64,000 bases of DNA from Leptolyngbyaceae cyanobacterium (GCA_965263355.1 CBDHHL010000032.1:1568001-1632000); one strand, 5' to 3'; shown: positions 1-10,996, counted from the stretch's first letter. Notes: a model not told the origin generated them from the sequence alone. Program-made: numbers and translations.

Positions 1-1172
1 GCTTCCGATGCGGCCATATCCAGACGCAGGGCATTTCTCTCGGAGAGGTCAGAATTGCGCAGGGCACCTAAACCCATTTTGACCGTAGTGAGGGGGTTAC
101 GTACCTCATGGACAATCATGGAGGCCAATTCACCCACTTCGGCTAGGGCAGCCAGGGCCTGTTCGGCCCGTTTGCGATCGCGAATATCCCGTACCACCGC
201 CACCACACATAGCCGCTCCGCATATTCCAATGTCGCGGCAGAAATTTCTGCAGGTACTGTTTTGCCCGACTTTGTCAAACAGGTTAGCTGGTCCGTCCAG
301 CCCTGTCCTTCTTTCAAAACAGATTCAGCAAAGGCCATAAATTGCGGCATTTCGTCGGGATGAACGCTGGAAATACGAACGCTTTCCAATAGTTCATCGC
401 GGCTGTAACCAAGCAGTTGTGTGGATTGGGGGTTGGCTTCTAGAATGCGATCGCTACTGGGATCAATCACAAAAATGGCATCGTTAGACGCATTAAAAAT
501 CCGCCGCAGACGTTCTTCACTTTCTTGTAGTTGGGCATTTAGGGCCGTTAACTCAGCCGTGCGCTGGGCCACCCGCTGCTCCAGTTCAGCATTCACCGTC
601 ATCAGCTCAGACTGGGCCGCCCGTAGTTCTTGGGTGCGCTTAATCACTTCGGCTTCCAGAGCTTCGTTAAATTTTTGTTGTTGTTGCCATAGTTGATGGT
701 TATCAATGGCCGTTGCTGCCCGTTCGGCAAAAAGCTCTGCCATATTAATTAGCTCAGGGGCAAACCGTCGAGGCTGTTGACTAAAACTGCAAATGGTACC
801 AATGGTACGACCGGCAGCTGTCTGTAAGGGGACACCCAAATAGGCCCGGTACCCCTCTGGACCTTCCCCATGGCTAGGATCGTCGACAAAATTTTCTACT
901 GTCAAGGGACAACCCGTTTTGACAACTTTGTCGGTCACGGTGCCGTGCAACTCATAAACTTCTTCTGGGTCGTCGTCCAGGTCAATGGTACTGGCCAAGA
1001 TCCGTTCTGAATTGCCCCAACATAAGGTAACGACAGCCCAATCTGTCCCTAAAATGCTCTGAACGCCCTGGGCTAAGCTTTCTAGATAGTTGGTGAGATT
1101 ACGATCTCGATAGCTTAAGTTTGCCAGTACGTTAAGCGTTTGCTGAGCCAGAACGGATTCGGACTTAGACAT
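1..1172 (-). CDS. GAF-PAS sensor histidine kinase (3' end runs off the left window edge)
   Basis: Manual translation from ATG at 1172: MSKSESVLAQQ... GAF (AYLGVPLQTAAGRTIGTICSF), coiled coil, PAS (SNDAIFVID...VRDIRDRK), HisKA H-box MIVHEVRNPLT. Absent from the ORF track because the stop lies outside the window. Confidence 0.9.
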   Translation of the reverse strand, partial: MSKSESVLAQQTLNVLANLSYRDRNLTNYLESLAQGVQSILGTDWAVVTLCWGNSERILASTIDLDDDPEEVYELHGTVTDKVVKTGCPLTVENFVDDPSHGEGPEGYRAYLGVPLQTAAGRTIGTICSFSQQPRRFAPELINMAELFAERAATAIDNHQLWQQQQKFNEALEAEVIKRTQELRAAQSELMTVNAELEQRVAQRTAELTALNAQLQESEERLRRIFNASNDAIFVIDPSSDRILEANPQSTQLLGYSRDELLESVRISSVHPDEMPQFMAFAESVLKEGQGWTDQLTCLTKSGKTVPAEISAATLEYAERLCVVAVVRDIRDRKRAEQALAALAEVGELASMIVHEVRNPLTTVKMGLGALRNSDLSERNALRLDMAASE

Positions 1173-1298
1173 AGCAGATTAAGTAAGACCTTTAAATGGA
1201 AATAACGCGCCATTTATTCAATCATATCTCACCCGTTCTACCTTGTTAGCCATAACACTATCTCTGCAAAAGCTGTATGGATAGGATTAAAACAACAT

Positions 1299-1326
1299 TG
1301 TGACCAGTGCATTAGCATTGGTCACA
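1299..1326 (-). terminator. stem-loop downstream of the host-attachment gene
   Basis: TGTGACCAGTGC-ATTA-GCATTGGTCACA, followed by a T-rich run on the minus strand. Confidence 0.45.
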
Positions 1327-1384
1327 GTATACAGTAGGCAATTTTACAGAATCCTTGAACCTCGCAAGCAACAAAACAAAAGTT

Positions 1385-1867
1385 CTAGCGATTTGTTGCC
1401 CGTTTAAAGTCGGGCAACATCTGTTTATTGGTTAGATACTTATGTAAATCATGGGCACTTAAGCGACAGAGGTCCTTGGCGAGTTCGCTAACCGCCATGG
1501 TTGACGGAATATGATTGGGGACAGACTCCCGTAAACTGCCTAAGAGATGGGGCTCTGCCACTAATATCAGATGATGGTTAGGGTAGTTTTGGGTAATGGC
1601 ATGAAGATGTTGCAATATCTTGCTGGCAAATCTTCGGTTAATTTCCGTAAACTGGGTTGTCTTTTCGTGACGGTTGCCGTGGTGTTTGCGCCCAATTAAA
1701 TTGTTACTAGCTCCTTTTTTTGTGGCTAGGGGCTTGTCGGCATTGTTCAGGCTACTGTGCTCGATTAAATGAGGTCCTGATTGTTCTTGATCAGAGAACT
1801 CAACAGCTGCAAGGGTGAAAAAACGAGCCTGGGCACCATCAACAACTGCAACAAGATATGAGCGCAT
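1385..1867 (-). CDS. host attachment protein family (baeRF12-like)
   Basis: N-terminal VAVVDGAQARFF and LILVAEPHLLG.LR...ELAKDL motifs. Confidence 0.75.
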   Translation of the reverse strand: MRSYLVAVVDGAQARFFTLAAVEFSDQEQSGPHLIEHSSLNNADKPLATKKGASNNLIGRKHHGNRHEKTTQFTEINRRFASKILQHLHAITQNYPNHHLILVAEPHLLGSLRESVPNHIPSTMAVSELAKDLCRLSAHDLHKYLTNKQMLPDFKRATNR

Positions 1868-2085
1868 ACCTAGATCCTAACTATTTGTATTGGACATCAC
1901 ATTGATTCTAGCAGTGGACTCTTCTGGGCTTGCACCCTCTGACTACAGCCTTAATAGCGTGTCTTATTTGTTAATACTTTAGAAAAATATGTATTACTTA
2001 CTTCATTATTGTGGCTTGAAATTTTTCGATTAAAATTAAATAAAGGAGAGCCGCTGTGAAATAACCGTGACGGCTTTGTCGGCAT

Positions 2086-2406
2086 ATGATTACAGATTCA
2101 GGGATGCAACTCTCTCAGACCTTAGCGTCTAGAAAAAAACTACATTGGAGTGGATTTATCCTTATTCCCATCGCCTCGTTTATGCTAGCAAGTCGGGTTG
2201 AGGCCCAGCAGACGCGGGTGATTCAAGCCCCGGCCCCCTATAATGCCTGTAATGTACGTAGTCAGGCTGGCATTCAATACAGCATTTTGGGGACATTTCG
2301 TAACGGTCAATCTGTTACCCTGCTGGGTCAATCTGGTCGTGGTTGGCACCGCGTACAGGTGGGCCAGACTATTGGCTGGATGGCACGACAATGCCTGGGG
2401 CTTTAG
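2086..2406 (+). CDS. secreted SH3b-domain protein
   Basis: Signal-like N-terminus ending VEA; NVRSQAG...GWHRVQVGQTIGWM bacterial SH3 pattern. Confidence 0.8.
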   Translation: MITDSGMQLSQTLASRKKLHWSGFILIPIASFMLASRVEAQQTRVIQAPAPYNACNVRSQAGIQYSILGTFRNGQSVTLLGQSGRGWHRVQVGQTIGWMARQCLGL

Positions 2407-2513
2407 GGCATCAGCTGCAGATATCTTAGGCATAAGATTAGACACCGCGAGACGTTTAAGCAGTGTTTATAATGTATGCTCGCGATCATTAGGTGTTTAG
2501 ATCGGCTTTAGTC

Positions 2514-2906
2514 ATGAACTTTGATACCTTTACTGAATTTATTCAAAAAAGTTTTCGGGTCTCTTTGGGAGCAGCTGCGTCTGCAGTTGAGGCTATTCAA
2601 GATCCACAGGCCTCTGCTACTAAATTTTCTGACATTGGTTCAGATTTCAATCGTTTAACCGATGAATTGGAGGTTAAAGGTGAGCTAACTGAGAAAGAAG
2701 CGCGTGAGTTTGTCGATAATCTTAGTAGCAACTTTGATGGGCAATTTCCTAATCCCTTTGAGCCTTCTTCAGCTAGTAATACCACTGTAAATACGGTCGC
2801 TAAGCCAGTTACCGATAGTGGTATTCAGGCTGAAATCAAAGCGCTGACTGAACAGCTATCGGCAATTCGTCAGGAAATTGAACAGCTTAAGGCGCAAGGG
2901 TCTTAG
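2514..2906 (+). CDS. conserved hypothetical, phasin-like coiled-coil protein
   Basis: FRVSLGA...KGELTEKEAREFVD pattern and C-terminal coiled coil; ATG at 2514 preferred over upstream GTG. Confidence 0.6.
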   Translation: MNFDTFTEFIQKSFRVSLGAAASAVEAIQDPQASATKFSDIGSDFNRLTDELEVKGELTEKEAREFVDNLSSNFDGQFPNPFEPSSASNTTVNTVAKPVTDSGIQAEIKALTEQLSAIRQEIEQLKAQGS

Positions 2907-3102
2907 GGTGTAGTTGCTGCCTTTGCCATAGTTGCAAAGTGCCATAGTTCAAAGATTTAAATGTATAGAATCATACGGCGTCCCGAGGTGTTACTTGTTC
3001 TCATCTCGGGACACTTTTATTTTTTGGCTGTTCGAAATTATGGGGTGCGGCAATGTAGCTACGGTTAGGAGCATTCCTGACGTTATTCCGGTAGACATCG
3101 TA

Positions 3103-3786
3103 ATGAAGCATTTTCCTGTTTTAATTCAGTTACTGCGCGATCGCAATCAATTTCTTGAGGATATTCGCCATGATGTCAAACTAGAGCGCAAAATCTTTTC
3201 GTTATTGATAGTTAGCTGTATATTCTTTGGTATCTACGGGGCGATCATTGGCTCATCAAGTAGTGTGCTGCAGATGCTAGCCTCAGCAATTAAACTTCCC
3301 GCCTTATATTTGATTACCCTAGGTATTTGTCTACCAACACTTTATTTTTTTGATATTCTCTTTGGCTCTAAGCTAAATTTCCGTCAATATAGCGCCATGC
3401 TAATGACCACCGTAGCGGTAATCAGCGTATTGCTGTTTAGCTTTGCCCCCGTAGTGTTGTTCTTTTTAATTTCAATCCAGGGATATAATTTCTTCTTACT
3501 GCTAAATGTGGCAGTGATGGGGCTAACGGGTGTGATTGGTGTGCGTATGTTTTATCAGGGAATGCGTCAAGTGGTCGGCCCTGATGCAGCGGGTAGTCGG
3601 CTGCGCAATCGTTTATTACTGGGTTGGTTAGGACTGTATGCTCTGGTAGGCTCTCAACTGGGTTGGACACTGCGTCCCTTCTTCGGTGCCCCGAATGAAC
3701 CGTTCCAGGTATTTCGACCAGAGATTGACGGAAATTTCTATGCTCAGATTTTTAGGAGTCTGGCGTCCCTGTTAGGGTTGCAGTAA
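3103..3786 (+). CDS. multi-pass membrane protein (YIP1-like; often labelled 'actin-binding WH2' in cyanobacteria)
   Basis: About 5 TM segments; KLP.LYL.TL.ICLP.LY and VGSQLGWTLRPFFG motifs; ATG at 3103. Confidence 0.7.
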   Translation: MKHFPVLIQLLRDRNQFLEDIRHDVKLERKIFSLLIVSCIFFGIYGAIIGSSSSVLQMLASAIKLPALYLITLGICLPTLYFFDILFGSKLNFRQYSAMLMTTVAVISVLLFSFAPVVLFFLISIQGYNFFLLLNVAVMGLTGVIGVRMFYQGMRQVVGPDAAGSRLRNRLLLGWLGLYALVGSQLGWTLRPFFGAPNEPFQVFRPEIDGNFYAQIFRSLASLLGLQ

Positions 3787-3791
3787 GGAAA

Positions 3792-3864
3792 TAAACCTGG
3801 TCCACGTCCAGGACGATCGTTTTTCCGGTGAAGAATCTACAGGTTTCAACTTGGACGTGGTTTA
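3792..3864 (+). repeat. 73-bp TA-bounded MITE-like element, copy A
   Basis: TAAACC...CCAcGTCCAGGAC...GGTTTCAACTTGGACGTGGTTTA; colinear with the copies at 43890 and 58416. Confidence 0.85.
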
Positions 3865-3874
3865 GGCCATAGAT

Positions 3875-4579
3875 TTGGAGAGTGGAGTGAATCTTGATAA
3901 TCTGCGCATTACAAATCGGGATTTAGATGAGCTGACAGGTTTGGACATTAGTGATTTATCTATGGGTTGGGGTACCCGCCTATCGGTATTTCAGCGGCCT
4001 CGGTTGTTTTGGGCCTGGTTGATAAATCAGGGGCTGGTATTGGCGGTAACGCTGGTGTTATGGTTACCAGCCAGCCTGGTTCTGGGACGCAATTTAGCAG
4101 GGCCAATGGTGTTTATTGGTGTGGGTATAGTCGGTGCGTTCTCTACCACCATTGCCCATGGCTTCTACAGTATCCGCAAAGGCCAGCAACTCAAGGTACT
4201 TAGCCATTTATTGGATGAGGTGGATCGATTTAACGAAATGATTAAAGCTGTCGAAATTTTAGAGGAACTGCGACAGACAGACAACACATCTAGACATCTG
4301 AAGTTAGACAATCCAGAGGCTGTTAAGGAAGCCCTGCACCTGACCCGTGAAAGTTTAGTATGTGGGCTGATGAGCGATAAAATCATGCGTAAACATCAGC
4401 GATTTATCACTCGACGTCACGAACTATTTGCCAGTATTGAAACGAATTTATCTAATTTGCAGACATTACAGGCTATAGAGATGGCAGGGGACTATGGACA
4501 ACTGCTGAATGAAGCCCTGCAGGTGGGCACCAGTGTTCATCAAGAACTTAGACAAGCGAAGCTAATTAGGGAAACTTAG
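3875..4579 (+). CDS. hypothetical membrane protein (2 TM plus helical C-terminus)
   Basis: 234-aa ORF with two hydrophobic segments; start uncertain. Confidence 0.65.
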   Translation: MESGVNLDNLRITNRDLDELTGLDISDLSMGWGTRLSVFQRPRLFWAWLINQGLVLAVTLVLWLPASLVLGRNLAGPMVFIGVGIVGAFSTTIAHGFYSIRKGQQLKVLSHLLDEVDRFNEMIKAVEILEELRQTDNTSRHLKLDNPEAVKEALHLTRESLVCGLMSDKIMRKHQRFITRRHELFASIETNLSNLQTLQAIEMAGDYGQLLNEALQVGTSVHQELRQAKLIRET

Positions 4580-4757
4580 AACTGTCACTCCTTAAACAGT
4601 CAAATATGAGGTAAACATTAAAGTCGTTTTATCGTAGTCTGCTACGCATATCTATAGAGTTTAATAGATAATAGTACACATATTTCTGCTGTCATAATAG
4701 TTGTAAAGAAGTTCCTGCCTATTTAGGTTTCAAGGACTTCAAGGGTGATTTGTATTT

Positions 4758-6083
4758 ATGAAAAAGACGTTTGTCCTCGACACCAATGTGCTTCTGCACG
4801 ACCCTAAAGCCATATATCGCTTCGAGGAAAATGACGTCATCTTACCCATTGCCATCGTTGAAGAACTGGACCGGTTTAAAAAATCATTGGATGAAACCGG
4901 ACGTAATGCCCGTCAAGTGTCTCGTACTTTGGACAAGCTACGTGGTCAAGGTAGCTTAACTGAAGGGATTGTTCTGGGAGGAGATGGTACCCTTAAAGTC
5001 TCTTTATGTCATCAAGAGACCCTGGCATCATTGCCCTTAGAATTAGAAGGGGATAAGGCTGACAACGAAATCTTAGCGGTTGCCCTAGAGCATAAACAGA
5101 CATGCCAGTGTCCTGTGATTTTAATTAGCAAAGACGCCAATCTTCGGATCAAAGCAGATACATTAGGTCTAGCCGCAGAAGACTATGAAACAGATAAGAT
5201 CGACATTGATGATCTGTATGCTGGCACAGGGGAACTGCTAGTTGACGCAGAACAACTGAGTGAATTGTTTCGGGGTGGCACATTAGAATTTGACGGTAAG
5301 TTCTACCCTAATCAGTCACTTACTCTGATTGATGTTAATAACCCGGCCCACACGGCACTGGCTATGGTGGATGGCGAATCGGGGCGGGTTGTTCCTCTAC
5401 CGAAAGTACCCTACGCTGGAATTTCTCAAATATATCCCCGTAACCGAGAACAGAAGTTTGCCCTAAATCTGTTGTTGAATGACAACATTCCCTTAGTCAC
5501 CCTGGTTGGTAAGGCCGGTACAGGGAAGACCCTGCTAGCCATCGCGGCAGGGGTGCAAAAAGTTTCTGAAGAACGGGTATACAGTCGCTTGTTGATATCT
5601 CGTCCAGTAGTGCCTATGGGGCGGGATATTGGTTATTTGCCAGGGGATATTAGCGAGAAGCTCACACCTTGGATGCAGCCCTTGTATGATAATTTTGATT
5701 TGATTTTTGGGACTCAGGATCCAACGGGTAAACCTGCCCACTGGCGACGGGGCCATGAGGAACTGATGGAAATGGGACTATTGCAGATTGAGGCACTGAC
5801 CTATATTCGAGGCCGCACATTACCCAAGCAATTTTTGATTGTTGATGAAGCTCAAAATCTCACCCCCCATGAGGTAAAAACTATTTTGACTCGAGCAGGA
5901 GAGGGAACCAAAATTGTCCTGACGGGTGACACGGCTCAGATTGATAATCCTTATGTGGATGCTGCAAGCAATGGTTTGACCTATGTGGTGGAACGCTTTA
6001 AGCATGAGCCTTTAGCGGGTCATATTTTGCTGACACGGGGTGAACGCTCAGCCCTGGCGGAACGGTCTACAGAATTACTGTAA
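4758..6083 (+). CDS. PhoH2-type PIN-PhoH ATPase
   Basis: PIN motif VLDTNVLLHDP, Walker A GKAGTGKT, YIRGRT, IVDEAQN, GD..QID. Confidence 0.95.
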   Translation: MKKTFVLDTNVLLHDPKAIYRFEENDVILPIAIVEELDRFKKSLDETGRNARQVSRTLDKLRGQGSLTEGIVLGGDGTLKVSLCHQETLASLPLELEGDKADNEILAVALEHKQTCQCPVILISKDANLRIKADTLGLAAEDYETDKIDIDDLYAGTGELLVDAEQLSELFRGGTLEFDGKFYPNQSLTLIDVNNPAHTALAMVDGESGRVVPLPKVPYAGISQIYPRNREQKFALNLLLNDNIPLVTLVGKAGTGKTLLAIAAGVQKVSEERVYSRLLISRPVVPMGRDIGYLPGDISEKLTPWMQPLYDNFDLIFGTQDPTGKPAHWRRGHEELMEMGLLQIEALTYIRGRTLPKQFLIVDEAQNLTPHEVKTILTRAGEGTKIVLTGDTAQIDNPYVDAASNGLTYVVERFKHEPLAGHILLTRGERSALAERSTELL

Positions 6084-6093
6084 GGGGTACGGG

Positions 6094-6762
6094 ATGGCTA
6101 TTCATCAGGGCGACTATGAAAATTTGCTTGCCAGGTGCAGTGACTACCGAGGGGCATTGGCCCTGCTCAAGCAGCATCGCCCCTATCTGGAAATGCTGCC
6201 AAGCATACGGCGACCCCAGGATAGTATTGTGACGATTCCGTTACCTAATATCAATGTTCGTCGCGTCAACGATGGTACCTTTGGTCCGGTGAGTAACCGT
6301 CGAGAAATGGTAGTCCTACCCTGCGATTTGGTTATCCTCATGTGTGACCCTGAATGGAAAATCAAAACTGGGGTAGATGTTGTTCTATTTATTCATCGTC
6401 CGGATGAAGATTTTTCAGAACTGTTGTCTCGGTGGCGGCAGACTCAAATATTGCTGTCAGAAAATTATGAGTGGCAAATGCCCATGCAATATCAGCATTT
6501 GCTAAACGAAGGATCTGAGCGTCCTTATCCTTTGTTTGTGACATTTCCTCAGACACCTGAACGGATCATTCGTGGCTTAAATGGAGCCAAGTTACCCGTT
6601 ATTTTGTATACCCCTACCCTCTGGAGTGATCCAGACGAACGGGCAGATTTAGTAGAGACACCTCAGTTTGAGTCTGAGGAGCTAATCGATGATGGAGATG
6701 AGGCCTTGCGGGAATGGGGAATTGATATTGAAGCGTCTGAGGAGGGGGAGGGTAGCCACTAA
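6094..6762 (+). CDS. conserved cyanobacterial hypothetical protein
   Basis: LLKQHRPYLEM.PS.RRP and MCDPEWKIKTG motifs; ATG 10 nt after the PhoH stop. Confidence 0.75.
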   Translation: MAIHQGDYENLLARCSDYRGALALLKQHRPYLEMLPSIRRPQDSIVTIPLPNINVRRVNDGTFGPVSNRREMVVLPCDLVILMCDPEWKIKTGVDVVLFIHRPDEDFSELLSRWRQTQILLSENYEWQMPMQYQHLLNEGSERPYPLFVTFPQTPERIIRGLNGAKLPVILYTPTLWSDPDERADLVETPQFESEELIDDGDEALREWGIDIEASEEGEGSH

Positions 6763-7469
6763 CTGCCCTCAATTCCTGCTTGATGCTCACACTTAAACCC
6801 CTGCTGTCGCCATTGTTCTAGGTCAACAGTATCGAGGGCTATAATTTGATTGCAAGTCGGTTTATAAACCTGGGCAACGATGGCCCAAATTAAGCTGCGG
6901 CTGACATCCAGAGTGGTTTTCAGCCCTGTTTCCTGATTGCCCGGTATGCCGATTTCATCAACGATTAGAGGTTCTACCCAAATGCCGCGAGCACCAAACA
7001 AAATCCGAGCCAGGGTAACGGCTCGCCGGGTGTGGCTACCAGATGTGACCAGTGTGACATGATGCACACCCCAGCGTTCTAAGATGGGTACAGAATAAAC
7101 AAAGTTGTCAAATGTAGACTGGGCGCAATGTTCTAACCAAACCTGGTCCAAAGTCGCTCCTGCTTGCTCGAATAGTAAACGAATACAAGGATCAACAGAC
7201 CCCGCAGATACTAATATGGGCTGTGGGGTGGAGAAGGTGCTAGCCAATTGGGCCATGTGCATTTCTCGGCGAATGCTACCCCCGAGCACCAGATAGGCAT
7301 CTGTAGGCCCTTTACTAAAGCGCCATAGGTTAATAAATGTAACCAAAGTAGCAATTACTACTGCTAACAATAGTCCCAGGCAGACGTACTTGATCCATCG
7401 AAATGCTGATTTAGCCTGAGGCATTTTGAGTATGGCGTGAACTGAGCTTCCGTAAATGTACTCCTGCAA
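6759..7469 (-). CDS. YdcF/DUF218 (ElyC/SanA) family protein
   Basis: N-terminal TM, LVLGG, STFDNF, LVTS.SH.RRA; true start may be the ATG at 7424. Confidence 0.85.
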   Translation of the reverse strand: MQEYIYGSSVHAILKMPQAKSAFRWIKYVCLGLLLAVVIATLVTFINLWRFSKGPTDAYLVLGGSIRREMHMAQLASTFSTPQPILVSAGSVDPCIRLLFEQAGATLDQVWLEHCAQSTFDNFVYSVPILERWGVHHVTLVTSGSHTRRAVTLARILFGARGIWVEPLIVDEIGIPGNQETGLKTTLDVSRSLIWAIVAQVYKPTCNQIIALDTVDLEQWRQQGFKCEHQAGIEGS

Positions 7470-7836
7470 TTATCTAGTCTAAAGAATAATCTATGTATGA
7501 ATATATATGGACTCTGGAGCTTGGGAGATCGTAGTATTTATATGCTTGATTATTTATTTAAGCTTTTTTCTAGAGGTTAATGGACGTTTTCCGTTATACC
7601 TGTGTCTAAAGATAAGGTTTGAATAAAGTTCCTGGGGTTTTCCGCAATTAATCTGTTTCATGCGCTAGATTTAAGTCCAGTATTTATGCTGAAAAATCTA
7701 GAAAGGGAAATTTGGTTCTAAGCGGTCTGTTCATCGAGATTTACAGCTATACGCACTAAAAGGTTTCTTTTTTGCGTTTATTTTTTATTTTTTTCAGGTA
7801 GATCTACTTCTTCTTAGTTCTAATTAGACTCCTAAA

Positions 7837-9210
7837 TTGTTTTTCAACGTTCCGTCAACCTCTGCCGCAACCGTTTCAATGAAAACTACTCTAGGGTTAC
7901 TTAGGTCAACTGGCGCGATCGCAACGGCTATTTTAGCTCCTACACTTTTCACTTCATTTTCCGCTGAGGCGGCGTTTACAGACGGACCAAAGGCAATTCT
8001 CGACGAAGCTTGGCAGATTGTTTATCGCGAATATGTTGATGAATCCTTTAATCGCACAGATTGGGTTGAAGTGCGCCAAGACTTACTGGGCCAAACCTAC
8101 ACATCGCGTCAGGCTGCCTATACAGAACTGCGTCGTGCGCTGCGTCGCCTTAATGATCCCTACACACGTTTTCTTAGTCCTGACCAATACGCGAATCTAA
8201 CCGATCAAACATCGGGTGAGGTATCTGGCATTGGTTTAAAATTAAGTCGCGATCGCAATGCTGGAACGATCATTGTTAGTGAGGTGATCCCAGACTCTCC
8301 CGCTGATGCTGCTGGTGTGCTTGTCGGTGATCGAATTTTAGTAGTCAATGGGCGCTCCACTGACCTACTCAGCCCAGAGCGTGCGTCTCAGCTGATGCGT
8401 GGAGATGCCGATACTCAGGTTACCCTTACCCTTGAACGTGATGGTAAATCTGAAACAGTAATTCTATCACGGGCTCGGTTGGAAGTTCAAACAGTCAATG
8501 CCAAGCTCGAAGTTCAGGATGGCATTCAGGTGGGCTATATTCGCCTTGACGAATTTAACGCCCATGCAGCTGAACAAATGGAAGTGGCCATTGCTGATTT
8601 AAGTGAGCAAGGCGCTGAGGCGTTTGTTTTAGACCTGCGCAATAACCCCGGTGGCCTTTTGCAGGCCAGCATTGATATTTCTCGGATGTGGCTACGCCGT
8701 GGCCCGATCGTGCGCACAGTCGACCGCAGTGGTGATAGCGAGCAAATTTCTGCCAATCGTACCCATTTGACTGAACTACCCATGGCTGTTTTAGTCAATG
8801 GAGAATCCGCCAGTTCTAGTGAAATCGTTACTGGAGCCCTCGGGGATAATGACCGCGCCGTTGTAGTCGGTAGTCCTACGTTTGGTAAGGCGCTGGTTCA
8901 ATCGCTTCATGGCCTTTCGGATGGGTCTGGAATTGCAGTTACGGTTGCCCATTACTACACTCCCAACGGTACGGATATTAGTAGTAAAGGCATTACTCCC
9001 GACATTCAGGTAGAGCTTTCTTCTGATCAACGCAGTGTTTTAACCAACAACCCTAATCTGATGGGGACTGCTCAAGATCCCCAATTTATTGAAGCGGTCT
9101 CAGCGTTGGAGACCCAAGTGATTGCCGCCAGACGACGCCAACAGCTATCTACAGTGAGAAACCCTGTAGTACCTACACCGCAGTTAGGCAGATTATTAGA
9201 AAGGCAATAA
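7837..9210 (+). CDS. S41 carboxyl-terminal processing protease (CtpA/CtpB family)
   Basis: DPYTRF, PDZ (SGIGL), LDLRNNPGG, SASSSE catalytic Ser, TFGKALVQ catalytic Lys; start may be the ATG at 7879. Confidence 0.93.
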   Translation: MFFNVPSTSAATVSMKTTLGLLRSTGAIATAILAPTLFTSFSAEAAFTDGPKAILDEAWQIVYREYVDESFNRTDWVEVRQDLLGQTYTSRQAAYTELRRALRRLNDPYTRFLSPDQYANLTDQTSGEVSGIGLKLSRDRNAGTIIVSEVIPDSPADAAGVLVGDRILVVNGRSTDLLSPERASQLMRGDADTQVTLTLERDGKSETVILSRARLEVQTVNAKLEVQDGIQVGYIRLDEFNAHAAEQMEVAIADLSEQGAEAFVLDLRNNPGGLLQASIDISRMWLRRGPIVRTVDRSGDSEQISANRTHLTELPMAVLVNGESASSSEIVTGALGDNDRAVVVGSPTFGKALVQSLHGLSDGSGIAVTVAHYYTPNGTDISSKGITPDIQVELSSDQRSVLTNNPNLMGTAQDPQFIEAVSALETQVIAARRRQQLSTVRNPVVPTPQLGRLLERQ

Positions 9211-9217
9211 TCTAGTA

Positions 9218-10996
9218 TTAGTCATTTAAACGATGGCGGGAAAAGCTGTAAATACGTTGGGTACTTAGCTGTTCTTTAATAATGGTGGGTGATTGCCAGC
9301 TAAAAGTCTGACGATTTAACCCAACCTGTAGGGTGGTAAACGGATCACTGCCGTTGGCAATTAGCAAATCTAGCTCTTGTAGCTCGGGCCATTGGATAAG
9401 TTGTTCTAGCAGGTTTGCGATCGCTTGCCGATAGGCGTTATTAGGCTGCTGATACCAATTACTAGCAATGGGTTTTGCCAGACCCAGGTTCACAATCAAG
9501 GCCTGGGGACTAAACAGCGAGACAGCGATGGAGCGAGCTTCTTCCTGAAGTAAAAACCCCTGATCGTGGGCTAACTGGCGCAGATGATTCACCTTTTCGT
9601 AGCGTTGAGCTGAGGGCAGGGGATCCGCCCAAAGCAGAGCCATAGTGCCAAGATACGATTGCAGTAGCAAATGACCTAGCTTTTGAGCTTTTGTAGACAG
9701 ATAGTCCGAATTGTAAGTATTGGCCTCGATTAATAAGGGCATCCGATCTACCATTTCGAGACCATACCCCTTAAGTCCCGCAATCTTACGGGGATTATTG
9801 GTAATCAACTTGAACTGATTTACCCCCAAATCGTTCAAAATTTGGGCTCCAATACCATAGTTGCGCTGGTCCGCAGGTAGCCCCAGCTTTTCATTAGCTT
9901 CGACAGTGTCAAACCCCAAATCCTGTAGCGAGTAGGCTTTGAGTTTGTTCACTAGACCGATGCCACGCCCTTCCTGACGGAGATAAACCACCACCCCTGA
10001 GCCGACATTTTCAATCATCTTTAAAGCCGTTTGCAACTGCAGACGACAATCACACCGCAGAGACCCCAGGGCATCGCCAGTTAAACATTCTGAGTGGACC
10101 CGCACCGTCACTGGTTTAGTCCCAAAGGTGTCTGGGTTACCTTTAACAATGGCCACATGTTCAGAATTATCTAGCAGGTTGCGATAAGCGTAGATTTGAA
10201 ATTTACCAAACTGAGTGGGTAAGTCAGCTACCGCCTCCCGCTTAACCAGGCGCTCATGACGCAGGCGATAGCTGATCAAATCAGCAATGCTAATTAGCTT
10301 GAGGCCGTGGATTTTAGAATAGTCAATCAGCTCTGGCAAACGGGCCATAGACCCATCAGCATTCTGAATTTCACAGATGACACTAGCAGGATAGAGTCTG
10401 GCCAGTTTTGATAAATCCACGCCTGCTTCCGTATGGCCGGCCCGCTTTAGTACACCTCCTTCCTTAGCCCGTAGGGGAAAAATATGTCCCGGTCGTCGTA
10501 AATCCTGGGGTTTAGCATCGGGATTGATGGCCACCTGAATAGTGCGGGCGCGATCTTCTGCTGAAATGCCTGTGGTCACACCCCAGCTAAGGTTAGCGTC
10601 AATACTAATGGTGAAAGCAGTCTGTTCGTTTTCATCCTCAAATCCATTACCACTGACCATTAAAGGAAGGTCCAATTCATCGAGGCGATCGCCCGTCATG
10701 GCCAAACAAATCAACCCTCGGGCCTCAACAGCCATAAAGTTGATCATATCTGGGGTAGCAAATTGAGCAGCACAAACTACATCCCCTTCATTTTCACGAT
10801 TTTCGTCATCCACAACGACGATTGCTTTGCCTGCAGCCAGGTCTGTTAAAGCCGAATCGACGCTGTCAAACTGAAATTCTGCTAGTTTCTGCTCTATCGT
10901 CTGACTAGTCTCTGCACTGGATGATAAACCTGAACTGGATGATAAAGATGATGGATTAACGTTGGCAACCACGGAACCCTGCCTACTGACTGTCAA
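9218..10996 (-). CDS. ribBA: bifunctional DHBP synthase / GTP cyclohydrolase II
   Basis: VVDDENRENEGD, RPGHIFPL, RAGHTEA, RVHSECLTGD...RCDC, RQEGRGIGL, ITNNPRK; C-terminal extension. Confidence 0.97.
   Translation of the reverse strand: MTVSRQGSVVANVNPSSLSSSSGLSSSAETSQTIEQKLAEFQFDSVDSALTDLAAGKAIVVVDDENRENEGDVVCAAQFATPDMINFMAVEARGLICLAMTGDRLDELDLPLMVSGNGFEDENEQTAFTISIDANLSWGVTTGISAEDRARTIQVAINPDAKPQDLRRPGHIFPLRAKEGGVLKRAGHTEAGVDLSKLARLYPASVICEIQNADGSMARLPELIDYSKIHGLKLISIADLISYRLRHERLVKREAVADLPTQFGKFQIYAYRNLLDNSEHVAIVKGNPDTFGTKPVTVRVHSECLTGDALGSLRCDCRLQLQTALKMIENVGSGVVVYLRQEGRGIGLVNKLKAYSLQDLGFDTVEANEKLGLPADQRNYGIGAQILNDLGVNQFKLITNNPRKIAGLKGYGLEMVDRMPLLIEANTYNSDYLSTKAQKLGHLLLQSYLGTMALLWADPLPSAQRYEKVNHLRQLAHDQGFLLQEEARSIAVSLFSPQALIVNLGLAKPIASNWYQQPNNAYRQAIANLLEQLIQWPELQELDLLIANGSDPFTTLQVGLNRQTFSWQSPTIIKEQLSTQRIYSFSRHRLND

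Noticed and set aside
55..696. ORF-track + strand ORFs 55..363 and 421..696
   Set aside because: Antisense shadows of the minus-strand histidine kinase.
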